In this document: positions 45,508 to 56,860 of the stretch, piece after piece
How the letters are laid out: each line of letters opens with the position of its first letter
Position numbering within the stretch: position 1 is the stretch's first letter
Assembly: GCA_031254195.1 (NCBI GenBank)
Contig: JAIRUW010000044.1
Span: 6,208 to 70,207 of the forward strand
DNA: 64,000 bases
Reading direction: 5' to 3'
DNA from: Oscillospiraceae bacterium
GTDB taxonomy: Bacteria > Bacillota > Clostridia > Oscillospirales > UBA929
Translations under genes and position numbers: made by a program
Notes under the pieces: model-generated
Told to the model about the DNA's origin: nothing
Database searches by the model: none
What the model saw: the letters and a program-made list of their open reading frames with translations, nothing else

Positions 45508-47475
45508 GTGCCGGAGTTTGAAGTCGTCAGCCCGTACCGGCCGGCCGGCGACCAGCCCAAGGCAATCGGCCTGCTGGCAAGCGGCATAGAAAACGGGCTG
45601 ACCGAGCAGACGCTGCTGGGCGTCACCGGCTCGGGCAAAACCTTCACAATGGCCAAGGTCATCGAACAGGTACGCCGCCCGGCACTGGTATTGGCGCACA
45701 ACAAAACGCTGGCGGCGCAGCTCTGCGCCGAATTAAAAGAATATTTTCCCAACAATGCCGTGGAGTATTTTGTCTCTTACTTTGACTATTATCAGCCGGA
45801 AGCCTATATCCCGCACACCGACACCTATATCGAAAAAGACAGCCGTATCAACGACGAAATCGAGCGCCTGCGCCACAGCGCCACATCCTCTTTGGCCGAG
45901 CGGCGGGATGTGGTGGTGGTGTCGTCGGTGTCGTGCATTTACAGCCTCGGCAACCCCATCGACTATAAGACGATGATCGTCTCCCTCCGCCCCGGTATGG
46001 AGATGAAGCGCAACGACCTGCTAAAGAAACTCGTCTCCATCCGTTACAGCCGCAACGATGTGGCGTTTGAGCGCAACATGTTCCGGGTGCGCGGCGATAC
46101 AGTGGAAATTTTCCCGGCATACTGGAACGATAAGGCTGTCCGCGTGGAGTTTTTCGGCGACGAGATCGACCGCGTCTCCGAGGTGGACGTTGTGACTGGA
46201 ACGCCGCGCAACGTCTTGAGCCACGCGGCCATTTACCCCGCGTCGCACTATATGACCGACCCCAAGACGACGGAGGAGGCCCTGCGCGAGATCGAAGACG
46301 AGCTTTGGGAGCGCGTCAAGGAGTTTGAGGACAACAACCAGCTCTTAGAGGCACAGCGGATCAAGCAGCGCACATTATATGACATCGAATCCATACGCGA
46401 GCTGGGCATCTGCTCCGGTATCGAGAATTATTCGCGGGTGATGGCCCGCCGCCCGCCCGGTGCGGTGCCGTTTACCCTGCTGGACTATTTCCCCGAGGAT
46501 TTCGTGCTGTTCATAGATGAATCACACGTTTCCATACCGCAGGTGCGCGGCATGTACCACGGCGACCGCTCCCGCAAGGCGACGCTGATCGATTACGGCT
46601 TCCGCCTGCCGTCGGCGTTTGACAACCGCCCGCTCAATTTCGCCGAGTTTTGCGACAAGCTCAATCAGATCGTATATGTTTCCGCGACGCCCGCGCCGTA
46701 TGAGCGCGAACGCAGCGGGCAGATTGTCGAGCAGGTCATACGCCCGACCGGGCTGGTAGACCCGGAGGTGATGGTGCGCCCTGTCAAAGGGCAGATCGAC
46801 GATCTGCTGGGAGAGATCAACGAACGCGCCGAGCGCAAAGAGCGGACGCTGGTCACCACGCTGACCAAAAAAATGGCGGAGGACTTAACGGCGCATTTCC
46901 AGCGGCTGGGCGTCAAAGTGCGGTACCTGCACCACAAGATTGACACACTGGAGCGCGTGGAGCTGATACGCGACCTGCGGCTAGGCGTCTTTGATGTGCT
47001 GGTGGGCATCAATCTGCTGCGCGAGGGTATCGATCTGCCCGAAGTCAGCCTTGTCGCCATCCTGGACGCCGACAAAGAGGGGTTTTTGCGCAGTGAAACG
47101 TCCCTAATCCAAATCATCGGGCGGGCGGCGCGCAACGCCGAAGGGCGCGTTATCCTCTACGCCGACAGCATCACACCTTCTATGCGCCGCGCCATCGACG
47201 AGACCAACCGCCGCCGCGCGCTGCAAGTGGCGTTCAACGAGGAGCACGGCATCGTGCCGAAGACCATCATCAAAAAGGTCGGCGACGCGCCGGAAATCTC
47301 GCAAAAGGTCAGCTTGGACGGCAAAAGGAAAGCGGACGGCAAGCCGATGACCGAGAAGGAACGGCTGGAGCTGCTGAGAAAGCTCGAGACAGAGATGAAA
47401 AAAGCCGCGCAGATGCTGGAGTTCGAGTACGCCGCTTTGCTGCGTGACCAGATCATCAAGCTGAAGGGGTCGTAA
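45508..47475 (+). CDS. uvrB: excinuclease ABC subunit B
   Basis: The GTG at 45508 follows [27 protein letters not shown]...[12 protein letters not shown]...YYQPEAYIP... and a C-terminal UVR motif [10 protein letters not shown]. Confidence 0.95.
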   Translation: MPEFEVVSPYRPAGDQPKAIGLLASGIENGLTEQTLLGVTGSGKTFTMAKVIEQVRRPALVLAHNKTLAAQLCAELKEYFPNNAVEYFVSYFDYYQPEAYIPHTDTYIEKDSRINDEIERLRHSATSSLAERRDVVVVSSVSCIYSLGNPIDYKTMIVSLRPGMEMKRNDLLKKLVSIRYSRNDVAFERNMFRVRGDTVEIFPAYWNDKAVRVEFFGDEIDRVSEVDVVTGTPRNVLSHAAIYPASHYMTDPKTTEEALREIEDELWERVKEFEDNNQLLEAQRIKQRTLYDIESIRELGICSGIENYSRVMARRPPGAVPFTLLDYFPEDFVLFIDESHVSIPQVRGMYHGDRSRKATLIDYGFRLPSAFDNRPLNFAEFCDKLNQIVYVSATPAPYERERSGQIVEQVIRPTGLVDPEVMVRPVKGQIDDLLGEINERAERKERTLVTTLTKKMAEDLTAHFQRLGVKVRYLHHKIDTLERVELIRDLRLGVFDVLVGINLLREGIDLPEVSLVAILDADKEGFLRSETSLIQIIGRAARNAEGRVILYADSITPSMRRAIDETNRRRALQVAFNEEHGIVPKTIIKKVGDAPEISQKVSLDGKRKADGKPMTEKERLELLRKLETEMKKAAQMLEFEYAALLRDQIIKLKGS

Positions 47476-47476
47476 A

Positions 47477-48265
47477 ATGGTTAACAGAAATGACATCATT
47501 GTAAAATTGCAGGAAGCCCTAGAGCCTCTGCCGTATATCCGCGCGTTCTGGCTGGAAGGCGCGGACGCCCTCGGCACGGTTGACGCGTACAGCGATATTG
47601 ACTTTTGGGCTGACGTTGAGGACGAGTGTGAAGAGCAGGCGTATGAAGCTGTGGAAAACGCTTTGTCCGCGCTCGCCGCAATAGACTACAAGCACATCAT
47701 GCGGCATGGCCACCCTAAGATTCGTCAGCGAGTCTATCATCTGGCCGGAACGAGTGAATATCTGATGATAGATTTCTGCTGGCAGCTTCACAGCCGCCCG
47801 AAGGATGAATATGCTTTCTATGAAAACAACCGCGTGGAAGCGGCGAAAGTCCTTTTCGACAAAGACGGTCTCATCCGGTATAAGCCGCTTGACCTTTCGG
47901 ATTTTGTAAGCAGCGGCAAATCTCGTCTGGACGAAGCGAAATACCACAGAACACAGCATATGCGTGTGGATAAATATATCCGCCGCGGTCAATATCTTGA
48001 AGCGTACGCCTATTATAACCGCTATGTCCTTGAACCGCTGATCGACTTGCTCCGGCTTATCTATACGCCGGCCCACGCGGATTATTATCTGATCCACATA
48101 TCAAGCCATATTCCTACAGCCGAAAGGGAAAAGCTCGAATATTTCGCGCGGATTGGTTCTCTAGAGGATATGGCGGATAAAATACCGCAGGCGGGCCAAT
48201 GGTTTGATGACCTTCTTCAAAACGGATATAGCGGAGGTACGTCATGCGAAATTCAATCTATGTAA
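47477..48265 (+). CDS. nucleotidyltransferase-domain protein (ANT(6)/Lnu-like architecture, function unproven)
   Basis: NTase motif [20 protein letters not shown] followed by a helical C-terminal domain. Sits between uvrB and uvrA and overlaps the uvrA start by 22 nt. Confidence 0.6.
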   Translation: MVNRNDIIVKLQEALEPLPYIRAFWLEGADALGTVDAYSDIDFWADVEDECEEQAYEAVENALSALAAIDYKHIMRHGHPKIRQRVYHLAGTSEYLMIDFCWQLHSRPKDEYAFYENNRVEAAKVLFDKDGLIRYKPLDLSDFVSSGKSRLDEAKYHRTQHMRVDKYIRRGQYLEAYAYYNRYVLEPLIDLLRLIYTPAHADYYLIHISSHIPTAEREKLEYFARIGSLEDMADKIPQAGQWFDDLLQNGYSGGTSCEIQSM

Positions 48266-51072
48266 AAGGCGCGAGGGAGCACAACCTCAAAAACATCGAC
48301 GTCGAGATCCCGCGGGACAAGCTGGTCGTGCTGACCGGCCTGTCCGGCTCGGGCAAAAGCTCGCTCGCGTTCGACACCATCTATGCCGAAGGGCAGCGTC
48401 GCTACGTGGAGAGCCTGTCGGCTTACGCGCGGCAGTTTTTGGGGCAGATGGAGAAGCCTGACGTCGATTACATCGACGGCCTGTCTCCCGCCATATCCAT
48501 TGACCAAAAAACGACCAGCAAAAACCCTCGCTCAACGGTCGGGACGGTCACCGAAATCTACGACTACCTCCGCCTGCTTTGGGCGCGTGTGGGCATCCCG
48601 CACTGCCCGCGCTGCGGAAAGGTCATCCACCAGCAGACCATCGACCAGATCATCGACCAGGTCATGGCCCTGCCGCAGTCGTCACGCATCCAGGTGCTTG
48701 CGCCGGTGGTGCGGGCGCGGAAGGGCGAGTATACAAAGGTATTCACCGACGCGCGGAAAAGCGGCTTCACCCGCGTCCGCGTAGACGGGAGCATGTATGA
48801 TTTGACCGAGACGATCACGCTGGACAAGAACAAGAAGCACAGCATCGAGATCGTCATCGACCGCCTTGTGATAAAATCCGACATCCAGCAGCGGCTGACC
48901 GACTCGGTGGAGATTGCGGCGGGGTTGTCCGGCGGTCTGCTCATCATCGACGTTGGCCCAGGCGAGCGCGAGCTGCTCTTTTCCCAGAACTACGCCTGCG
49001 ACGACTGCGGCGTCTCGATAGAGGAGCTGTCGCCACGGATGTTCTCGTTCAACAATCCCTACGGCTCCTGCCCCAAGTGCATGGGCCTGGGCGCGCACCT
49101 GAAGGTGGACCCCGACCGCCTCATCCCCGACATGTCCCTCTCGCTCAAGGACGGCGCGGTCGTCGCCGCCGGCTGGAACGGCTCCGACGACAACTCCATC
49201 GCCCGGATGTATTTCGGCGGCCTGGCCAAACGCTACGGCTTCTCGCTGGACACGCCGGTGCGCGACCTGCCCGAAGAGGCGCTGGACGCGCTGATGTACG
49301 GCACCAAAGGGGTCAAGCTGGAACTGCCGTACATCAAGGCCAACGGGCAGACTGCCATCCACCGCCACGCCTTTGAGGGGCTGGTCAATAACCTCGAGCG
49401 CCGTTACCGCGACACCCAGTCCGACGGCTCGCGCCAGCACATCGAGGAGATGATGTCGCCTGTGCCCTGCCCCGAATGCAAGGGCAAACGGCTGAAAAAG
49501 GAGAGTCTGTCCGTCTCCGTCGGCGGGCTGGACATTTCCGATTATACGCAAAAATCGGTCACCGACGCGCTGGCGTTTTGGGACACGGTGGAGTTTACAC
49601 AGCAAGAGAACCTAATCGCCGGCCGTATCCTGAAAGAGATACGCGAGCGGCTTGGTTTCCTGCGCTCCGTAGGATTGGAATACCTCACCCTTTCGCGGCA
49701 GTCTGGCAGTCTGTCCGGCGGCGAGAGCCAGCGGATACGGCTGGCTACCCAGATCGGCTCGTCCCTGATGGGCGTGCTGTACATCCTTGACGAGCCGTCG
49801 ATCGGGCTGCACCAACGGGACAACAAGAAACTGCTGGCGACGCTCAAACGCTTGCGTGACCTCGGCAACACGCTTTTGGTCGTCGAGCACGACGAAGAGA
49901 CAATGCTGGCGGCCGACTATATCGTAGACATAGGCCCCGGCGCGGGTGTCTGCGGCGGGGAAGTCATCTGCGCCGGGACGCTGGAGGAGGTCAAGGCCTG
50001 CGACAAGTCGGTCACAGGGCAGTATCTGTCCGGCAAACAGGCCGTACCTATCCCCGCCGAACGGCGCAAAGGCAGCGGCAAAAAGCTGACGGTGCGCGGC
50101 GCGCGGGAAAACAACCTCAAAAACATCGACGTTTCCATCCCGCTCGGCTGCTGTACCTGTATCACCGGTGTGTCCGGCTCGGGCAAAAGCTCGCTGGTCA
50201 ACCACATCCTCTACAAGGCCCTCGCCGGTTCCTTGAACCGCGCCCGCACCCGTCCCGGCGCGCACGACGGGATAGACGGGCTGGATAACCTCGACAAGGT
50301 CATCGACATCGACCAGTCGCCGATCGGGCGGACGCCCCGCTCCAATCCGGCGACCTATACCGGGTTGTTCACCGACATCCGCGACCTGTTCGCCTCCACG
50401 CCGGACGCTAAGATACGGGGCTACGGCCCCGGGCGCTTCTCGTTCAACACACGCGGCGGGCGCTGTGAGGCTTGCGCCGGCGACGGCCTGATCAAGATAG
50501 AGATGCACTTCCTGCCCGACATCTATATCCCCTGCGACGTATGCAAGGGCAAACGCTACAACCGCGAAACGCTGGAAGTGCGGTACAAGACCAAGAATAT
50601 CCATGAGATTCTGGACATGACCTGCGACGAGGCGCTGGAGTTCTTCTCCCCCATCCCCCGCCTGCACAGGAAGATCAAAACACTTTGTGAGGTGGGGCTG
50701 GGCTATATTAAGCTGGGACAGCCCTCGACCACGCTGTCCGGCGGTGAGGCCCAGCGCATCAAGCTGGCGACCGAGCTCTCGCGGCGCGGTACCGGCAGCA
50801 CGATCTATATCCTCGACGAGCCGACCACCGGCCTGCACACCGCCGACACGCACCGCCTGATCGAAGTGCTGGGGAGGCTGGTGGACGGCGGCAACACGGT
50901 GCTGGTCATTGAGCACAACCTTGAGGTCATCAAGACCGCCGACTGGGTCATCGACCTCGGCCCCGAAGGCGGGAACGGCGGCGGCGAGATTGTGGCGCAG
51001 GGCACGCCGGAGGAAGTGGCGGCGTGTGAGACGTCGTATACAGGGTATTTTTTGAAAGAGGCGCTGAAATGA
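48244..51072 (+). CDS. uvrA: excinuclease ABC subunit A
   Basis: [44 protein letters not shown]..., a second ATPase [10 protein letters not shown], zinc-finger Cys pairs. 942 aa. Confidence 0.96.
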   Translation: MRNSIYVKGAREHNLKNIDVEIPRDKLVVLTGLSGSGKSSLAFDTIYAEGQRRYVESLSAYARQFLGQMEKPDVDYIDGLSPAISIDQKTTSKNPRSTVGTVTEIYDYLRLLWARVGIPHCPRCGKVIHQQTIDQIIDQVMALPQSSRIQVLAPVVRARKGEYTKVFTDARKSGFTRVRVDGSMYDLTETITLDKNKKHSIEIVIDRLVIKSDIQQRLTDSVEIAAGLSGGLLIIDVGPGERELLFSQNYACDDCGVSIEELSPRMFSFNNPYGSCPKCMGLGAHLKVDPDRLIPDMSLSLKDGAVVAAGWNGSDDNSIARMYFGGLAKRYGFSLDTPVRDLPEEALDALMYGTKGVKLELPYIKANGQTAIHRHAFEGLVNNLERRYRDTQSDGSRQHIEEMMSPVPCPECKGKRLKKESLSVSVGGLDISDYTQKSVTDALAFWDTVEFTQQENLIAGRILKEIRERLGFLRSVGLEYLTLSRQSGSLSGGESQRIRLATQIGSSLMGVLYILDEPSIGLHQRDNKKLLATLKRLRDLGNTLLVVEHDEETMLAADYIVDIGPGAGVCGGEVICAGTLEEVKACDKSVTGQYLSGKQAVPIPAERRKGSGKKLTVRGARENNLKNIDVSIPLGCCTCITGVSGSGKSSLVNHILYKALAGSLNRARTRPGAHDGIDGLDNLDKVIDIDQSPIGRTPRSNPATYTGLFTDIRDLFASTPDAKIRGYGPGRFSFNTRGGRCEACAGDGLIKIEMHFLPDIYIPCDVCKGKRYNRETLEVRYKTKNIHEILDMTCDEALEFFSPIPRLHRKIKTLCEVGLGYIKLGQPSTTLSGGEAQRIKLATELSRRGTGSTIYILDEPTTGLHTADTHRLIEVLGRLVDGGNTVLVIEHNLEVIKTADWVIDLGPEGGNGGGEIVAQGTPEEVAACETSYTGYFLKEALK

Positions 51073-51986
51073 GAGTAAAGAGCATAATGGCGCTGTTTTT
51101 GTGTGTGACGCTGCTGCTGTCATCGTGTGTTGAAGCCACGCTTAATTACAGAAGTTTGAGAGACGGGCAGAGCGATAGCGCTGGCAATGATGCCAAGGTC
51201 TGGACAGAGGACGACACGAAAAAATTGGCTCACGCCGCGTATAGGCAGGTTGCGGACAGCCTCCGGTTCGCGCCGGACAAGGATGCCCGATATTCCATTG
51301 ATTTTTACACCACGGTGATTACTGAGTCGGAGGAAAACTACACGAGCCAAGACGGATATTTAGCGGTTGTTTCCGAGGGTGGCGTCGAACAGTTATTATA
51401 CCACAATCAAATATTTTCGGAGATTTCCGGGCGGGAAGAGTACTTATTGCTTGATATTGAATATGACGGAAAAAGACTTTTTTATGCTAGGGATGACATG
51501 GGCTCCTATATCGAGTTGCTTTTGGGCAGCCGGGGTGTTTTATTTCTGGACGTTGACCATTACGACGAAAGCAGACCCCGCAGTGAAGTGCCCACGGATA
51601 TGGATACCCTCCTAGGCGAACTTCGGGAGCGGGTTGTCGAAACGGTCAGCCTACCGTCTTTTCAGCTGGAGTCAGTCAAAGAGGCGGAGCGCTTCGACCC
51701 GTATGGCTATGAGTTTTACCTTACGGTCGACGGTTCAGCTTTGAGGGATTATGTATGGGAAGTAGCGGGTGAGGTGGTGAAAGGTGCCGGCGGCAGACGT
51801 TCCGACATGACAATCCACGACGTATATATAGAACTTGAAATAAACGACCTCGGATACATGGAATATCTATCCATAGACACATCAGTTGATGTCAATAACT
51901 CAGAGGGCACGACAAGCATAATAATTCAAGCGGAATTTTGGGCTACAGCTCACGGCCCTGACATTGAGATTGAAGTGTCGTACTAA
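51069..51986 (+). CDS. hypothetical lipoprotein
   Basis: ATGA overlap with the uvrA stop. Lipobox LLLSSC. No recognised domain. Confidence 0.65.
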   Translation: MRVKSIMALFLCVTLLLSSCVEATLNYRSLRDGQSDSAGNDAKVWTEDDTKKLAHAAYRQVADSLRFAPDKDARYSIDFYTTVITESEENYTSQDGYLAVVSEGGVEQLLYHNQIFSEISGREEYLLLDIEYDGKRLFYARDDMGSYIELLLGSRGVLFLDVDHYDESRPRSEVPTDMDTLLGELRERVVETVSLPSFQLESVKEAERFDPYGYEFYLTVDGSALRDYVWEVAGEVVKGAGGRRSDMTIHDVYIELEINDLGYMEYLSIDTSVDVNNSEGTTSIIIQAEFWATAHGPDIEIEVSY

Positions 51987-52013
51987 ATAGTAAATTTAAT
52001 TCACGTCGTTCTC

Positions 52014-52042
52014 TTGACAAATATGATTTATCATGCTATAGT
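52014..52042 (+). promoter_or_regulatory. candidate promoter (TTGACA-17-TGcTATAGT)
   Basis: TTGACA at 52014-52019 and TATAGT at 52037-52042, preceded by TGc. Confidence 0.6.
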
Positions 52043-52083
52043 GAAACAAATACGGCAAATCACCAACGGGGAGGAGGGGAAGT

Positions 52084-52950
52084 TTGTTGAAATACAAGTC
52101 TTTTTGGGCATTGCTCATATGTATGCTGTTCGTATTGACGGCATGCGCCCCGGACAGTGGCGGGGCAGACACCGAACCAAGCCCAGGCGCGAATGCGCAA
52201 GGGGAAATACCGGTTACCCCGGACGCCTCCATCGACGCACCTGAGAATACACCGTATGAACCGGAACTGACGGACGCCGCCAAGAGCGAAGCGTTTGACG
52301 CGTATGTAAAATTGATGGAACAAATATCCCCCGCCCCGGGTGCGGATATGCAACTCGATATGGACATTGAGATGGATATTATCGTCGAAGCTGGCGGTGA
52401 AATTATTTCGATGCCGGTGACCGGGAACTATAAAATCATTGCCGAGGGTGAAGATTTTAGAGTTGCAATGGTGATGGACATGGGATTGCTAGGCGGCGTG
52501 ACGGAGATGTTCTATGACGGCGAAACGCTCTATTTTGCATTAAACGGCGTGGAGATAGATTTAGCCGCGCTGGGCATAGATGCGGATGAGTTGCTGACCG
52601 AGCAAATGGCTAGCGCGGTGAATTTACCGGACTTTGGAGCAGACGCGATCAAATCCGTTGAGACAGAGTCGGCGCTCGGCGTCCGCCGCACCGTTCTCGT
52701 GCTTGACGGAAATATGTTTGCCGACTACGCTCTTGCGGCGGCGGGAGGCACAGTAGGCGATCTGGGTGATATGGAACTAAGCATTGAGGACATGGTCTTG
52801 GAGTTTACTGCCGACTTCGACGGCAATCTAACGTCATTCGGCATTTTTATGGTCATGGAGATGACGGCTGCGGGCGAGCATATGAAGATGGAAATGGACA
52901 TGAGATACACCATCAACAGTATCGGCGACGGCGTTGTGATCGCCGCGTAG
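52084..52950 (+). CDS. hypothetical lipoprotein (TTG start)
   Basis: SD GGGGAGGAGGGGA. Lipobox FVLTAC. Acidic, Met-rich mature protein. No recognised domain. Confidence 0.65.
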   Translation: MLKYKSFWALLICMLFVLTACAPDSGGADTEPSPGANAQGEIPVTPDASIDAPENTPYEPELTDAAKSEAFDAYVKLMEQISPAPGADMQLDMDIEMDIIVEAGGEIISMPVTGNYKIIAEGEDFRVAMVMDMGLLGGVTEMFYDGETLYFALNGVEIDLAALGIDADELLTEQMASAVNLPDFGADAIKSVETESALGVRRTVLVLDGNMFADYALAAAGGTVGDLGDMELSIEDMVLEFTADFDGNLTSFGIFMVMEMTAAGEHMKMEMDMRYTINSIGDGVVIAA

Positions 52951-52964
52951 CAATCCTTACAATT

Positions 52965-53125
<161 letters not shown>

Positions 53126-53147
53126 AACGGCATAGAAGTATGCTTTC

Positions 53148-53185
53148 ACGCCCCCAAACTTATTGTTTGGGGGCGTTTATATATT
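53148..53185 (+). terminator. riboswitch expression-platform terminator
   Basis: ACGCCCCCAAAC (53148-53159) pairs with TTTGGGGGCGT (53166-53176). Followed by TTATATATT. Confidence 0.75.
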
Positions 53186-53209
53186 AAATTATATGAGGAG
53201 CTGATCACA

Positions 53210-53884
53210 TTGAAAACCCGTACGCATAAACTCGTTGTCCTCGCAATGATCGGAGCATTGGCCTATATCCTGATGTATTTCCTTCGCATTCCGGTCATGC
53301 CGGTGCCGCCTTATCTCAAGTATGACCCCAAAGACGTCGTCATCGTCATCGCCGGGTTCCTGTACGGCCCCTTGTCCGTGGTTGCCGTGTCCGCACTTGT
53401 CTCTGTTATCGAGATGTTTACAGTCAGTGAAACGGGCTATATCGGCTTTTTGATGAATGTCTTGGCGACATGCTCTTTTGCTTGCCCCGCCGCCGCCATA
53501 TACAAATGGAAGCGCACCTTATCAAGCGCGGTATATGGGCTTGCGATCGGCGCGCTGCTGGCAACCGGCGTCATGCTTTTATGGAATTATGTTATGACGC
53601 CCATTTATCTCGGCGTACCGCGCGCCGCTGTTGCGGCATCGCTGATTCCTGTTTTCCTGCCGTATAATCTGTTAAAGACAGGCCTCAACGCGAGCTTCGC
53701 CGTGCTCCTCTACAAGCCGGTGCGGTTAGCTCTCACACAGGCGCGTTTGATTCCTGTCCCGAGTATATCTCCTATCGGGGAGACTGAGCGCAAGGTAAGG
53801 TTTCATCCGGGACTGCTTGCCGTATCGGTTGTTGTGATAGTAACATGTGTTTTGTTGATATTGGCGTGGAATGGGAGGATTTAA
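53210..53884 (+). CDS. ribU: riboflavin ECF transporter S-component
   Basis: The TTG at 53210 lies 6 nt after GAGGAG. A multi-TM protein directly downstream of the FMN riboswitch. The longer ORF from 53123 would include riboswitch and terminator sequence. Confidence 0.8.
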   Translation: MKTRTHKLVVLAMIGALAYILMYFLRIPVMPVPPYLKYDPKDVVIVIAGFLYGPLSVVAVSALVSVIEMFTVSETGYIGFLMNVLATCSFACPAAAIYKWKRTLSSAVYGLAIGALLATGVMLLWNYVMTPIYLGVPRAAVAASLIPVFLPYNLLKTGLNASFAVLLYKPVRLALTQARLIPVPSISPIGETERKVRFHPGLLAVSVVVIVTCVLLILAWNGRI

Positions 53885-54088
53885 GCGTTTCTCTTGTGCA
53901 AACCGTTATCACGTGATATACTATGGTTAACATAATACCACGCGAACCAACGGTACCGCCGCCGCATAGCATAGCATACGGGGTGATGGCTATGTTGTTG
54001 ACTTGCATCGCGGCGGTACTCTGCGCCTATGGCGCTGTCATGGCTCTCTGGGCGTTTTTCGGGCGCTGGCTTGGCGTCCCGCTGACCG

Positions 54089-56329
54089 TTGGAAAGCCTG
54101 ATTGGCTGGAGCTGGTTTACAAAGGGGTGTCGGACGACGGACGAGATATTAGAGGGAGTCATACAGGCGGTCGTCTACGCTAACGAGGAAACGGGCTGGG
54201 CGGTGCTGCGCGTGGGCTGTGAGGACGGCTCCCTGCACACCGCCGTGGGGCATATCCCCAGTCCCGCGCCGGGTGAAACGATCTCCGCGCGTGGGCGCTG
54301 GACACAGCATCCGGCGCACGGGACGCAGTTTACCGTGCGGTCGGCGGACCGCCTCCTGCCGTCGGATGCCTCTGCCATCTTAGAATACCTCGCCTCCGGC
54401 ATCATCCAGGGAGTCGGGCGGGCCACGGCGCGCCTGTTGGTGGAGCGCTTCGGCAATGAGACGCTGGATGTCATGGAACATCACCCACAGCGTTTGAGCG
54501 AGGTGCGCGGTATCACGCCTAAGCGCGCCGAGTCCATCGGGGCGCTGTTCGCCCGTCAAACCGCCCTCCGCCGCCTGATGGAGCTGATGGTGCGGCATGA
54601 GCTGTCGCCCGCGTATGCGGCCGAGCTGGCCAAACGGTTTGGTCCCGACGCGGCCGGCCAGCTGCGCGACGACCCGTATGTTTTGCTTTACGAGCCGTTT
54701 TCCGCGCCTTTTTCACAGGTGGACAGGCTTGCCGGGACGCTGGATGTGGGCGATAGGGACACTGTCCGTCTTAAAGCTGGATTATTATACGAATTGTATT
54801 ACAACCTTGACCAAGGCCATGTCTACCTCCCGCGTGAAAAACTTATCCCCGCCGCCGCCGAACTGCTGGAAGTGGAGGAAGACCCGTTGGAGGACGCGCT
54901 TCAGGATCTGTTCTGCGAGGGCAGGGTGGTGGCGCGCGGCGACGGCCCGGTCTACTTGACACATCTGTACGACGCCGAACGCAATGTCGCTGAGTTCATC
55001 CAAAGCCGTTCGGCGCAGGTTTTGCCCCCTCCGCGCGACATAGACGGTATCATAGGCAGGATCGAGGCGGAGCTGTCCATCCGCTATGCCGACTCACAGA
55101 AGAACGCCATCGTCATGGCGGCGGAACGCAGCCTGATGGTACTGACCGGCGGCCCCGGTACTGGAAAGACTACGACAGTACGCGGCCTGCTGCGGCTGTT
55201 TGACTGGATGGGGCTGAAGGTATTGCTGGCCGCGCCGACCGGGCGCGCCGCCAAACGGATGAGTGAGCTGTGCGGGCGCGAGGCTTCGACCATCCACCGC
55301 CTGCTGGAATTCGGCTACGACCCGGCTAAAGGAACTATGCGGTTCCAGCGTGACGAGGAAAACCCGCTCAACGCCGATGTGGTGGTGCTGGACGAGGTCT
55401 CGATGGTGGATATCCTGCTGATGGACTGCGTAGCCCGCGCTATACCGGAGGACGCGCGGCTGGTGCTGGTAGGCGACCCCGACCAGCTTCCGGCCGTGGG
55501 GCCGGGGACGGTTTTGGAAGACGTCCTCAGCGGCGGCGGTACGCCCGCTGTGCGCCTGACCGAAATTTTCCGCCAGGCCGCCGAGAGCCGCATCGTCACC
55601 GGGGCGCACAGCGTCAACCGGGGCGAGCTGCCCGCTTTGCAGAACGACAATCAAAAGGATTTGTTCTTCTTACGCCGCCGTGACATGCTGTCGGCGGTGG
55701 AGACGATCAAAGAACTCTGCGCGACCCGCCTACCGGACAAGCTCGGCATAGAACTGGAGCAGATACAGGTGCTTACACCCACAAGACGCGGGCCTTGCGG
55801 CACTATCAGCCTCAACAAGGCGCTGCAAGAGACGCTGAACCCGGCGGCGGAACACAAGCTGGAAAAGCGGTTTGGCGAGTTTCTATACCGCGAGGGCGAC
55901 CGCGTCATGCAAGTGCGCAACAATTACGACCTGATCTGGCGGCAGGACGGCACGGCGCAGGCGGGCATGGGCATCTTCAACGGCGAGATCGGCGTCATCG
56001 CCGAGATCGACCTCAAAGGGTCGCTGCTGACCGTCCGCTACGACGACAGGCTGGCCGAGTACCCGTTCGACGCCCTCGGCGAGCTGGAGCCGGCCTACGC
56101 GCTAACGGTGCATAAGGCGCAGGGAAGCGAGTACAGGGCGGTGGTGCTGGCCGCCATGCCGGGGCCGCAGAAGCTGATGACGCGGCGGGTGCTGTACACC
56201 GCCATCACAAGGGCACGGGACTGGCTGATTATGGTCGGGCAGGACGACGTGGTGGCCGCCATGGTGCAAAACGACAAACGCCTTCGGCGTTACAGCGGGC
56301 TTAAAGGGTTGTTGGAGACTAACGAGTGA
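54089..56329 (+). CDS. recD2: RecD2-type SF1B DNA helicase (start uncertain, TTG 54089)
   Basis: N-terminal LEGVIQAVVYANEETGWAVLRV, HhH region, Walker A LTGGPGTGKTT, ...VVLDEVSMVD..., and C-terminal YALTVHKAQGSEY. Confidence 0.9.
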   Translation: MESLIGWSWFTKGCRTTDEILEGVIQAVVYANEETGWAVLRVGCEDGSLHTAVGHIPSPAPGETISARGRWTQHPAHGTQFTVRSADRLLPSDASAILEYLASGIIQGVGRATARLLVERFGNETLDVMEHHPQRLSEVRGITPKRAESIGALFARQTALRRLMELMVRHELSPAYAAELAKRFGPDAAGQLRDDPYVLLYEPFSAPFSQVDRLAGTLDVGDRDTVRLKAGLLYELYYNLDQGHVYLPREKLIPAAAELLEVEEDPLEDALQDLFCEGRVVARGDGPVYLTHLYDAERNVAEFIQSRSAQVLPPPRDIDGIIGRIEAELSIRYADSQKNAIVMAAERSLMVLTGGPGTGKTTTVRGLLRLFDWMGLKVLLAAPTGRAAKRMSELCGREASTIHRLLEFGYDPAKGTMRFQRDEENPLNADVVVLDEVSMVDILLMDCVARAIPEDARLVLVGDPDQLPAVGPGTVLEDVLSGGGTPAVRLTEIFRQAAESRIVTGAHSVNRGELPALQNDNQKDLFFLRRRDMLSAVETIKELCATRLPDKLGIELEQIQVLTPTRRGPCGTISLNKALQETLNPAAEHKLEKRFGEFLYREGDRVMQVRNNYDLIWRQDGTAQAGMGIFNGEIGVIAEIDLKGSLLTVRYDDRLAEYPFDALGELEPAYALTVHKAQGSEYRAVVLAAMPGPQKLMTRRVLYTAITRARDWLIMVGQDDVVAAMVQNDKRLRRYSGLKGLLETNE

Positions 56330-56341
56330 GACACTGGTGGT

Positions 56342-56860
56342 TTGTTAAGGCAGGAGATGAAAACGAGAGAGGATTGGATTTTGTTGACAACAGATATTAA
56401 CAGAGTGCGTAAGGGAAGAATGATTTTCCTTGTTTTAGCCGTGCTCGGCACGATCTGGGTGGTGGTTCTTGCACTATCTGTATACAGAAGTGTTTTAATT
56501 TCTGTTTTTTTTGCTTACTATTTTATGGCTATAAGTGGAGAACCTACCTGGCTTGCTCAACAGCTTTTTATGGTAACCGCACCTTTTTTGCAGACAGCGT
56601 TATTTATTTTCATGTATTTCGGGAAGGGCTGGGCAAGGGTCACATTAACAGTATATTTCGGCCTTCACGCGCTTGTTGGGGCCTTTTGGGCCTATATTGC
56701 TTGGGTTTCGGCTGCAATGAGGACCCACTCATTTGTGTTACTTTTTATTAGTTTTGTCTTTTGCTTAGTGAGTTTTTTGATATTAGCCAACAGCGATACC
56801 CTCGGAGAATATATATCCGCGCGAAAAGAAAAACGCCGTACGGGAAGCAAAGCCTCATGA
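56342..56860 (+). CDS. hypothetical multi-TM membrane protein (start uncertain)
   Basis: Four to five hydrophobic helices. AT-rich compared with recD2 and comFC. Stop overlaps the comFC start (ATGA). Confidence 0.55.
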   Translation: MLRQEMKTREDWILLTTDINRVRKGRMIFLVLAVLGTIWVVVLALSVYRSVLISVFFAYYFMAISGEPTWLAQQLFMVTAPFLQTALFIFMYFGKGWARVTLTVYFGLHALVGAFWAYIAWVSAAMRTHSFVLLFISFVFCLVSFLILANSDTLGEYISARKEKRRTGSKAS

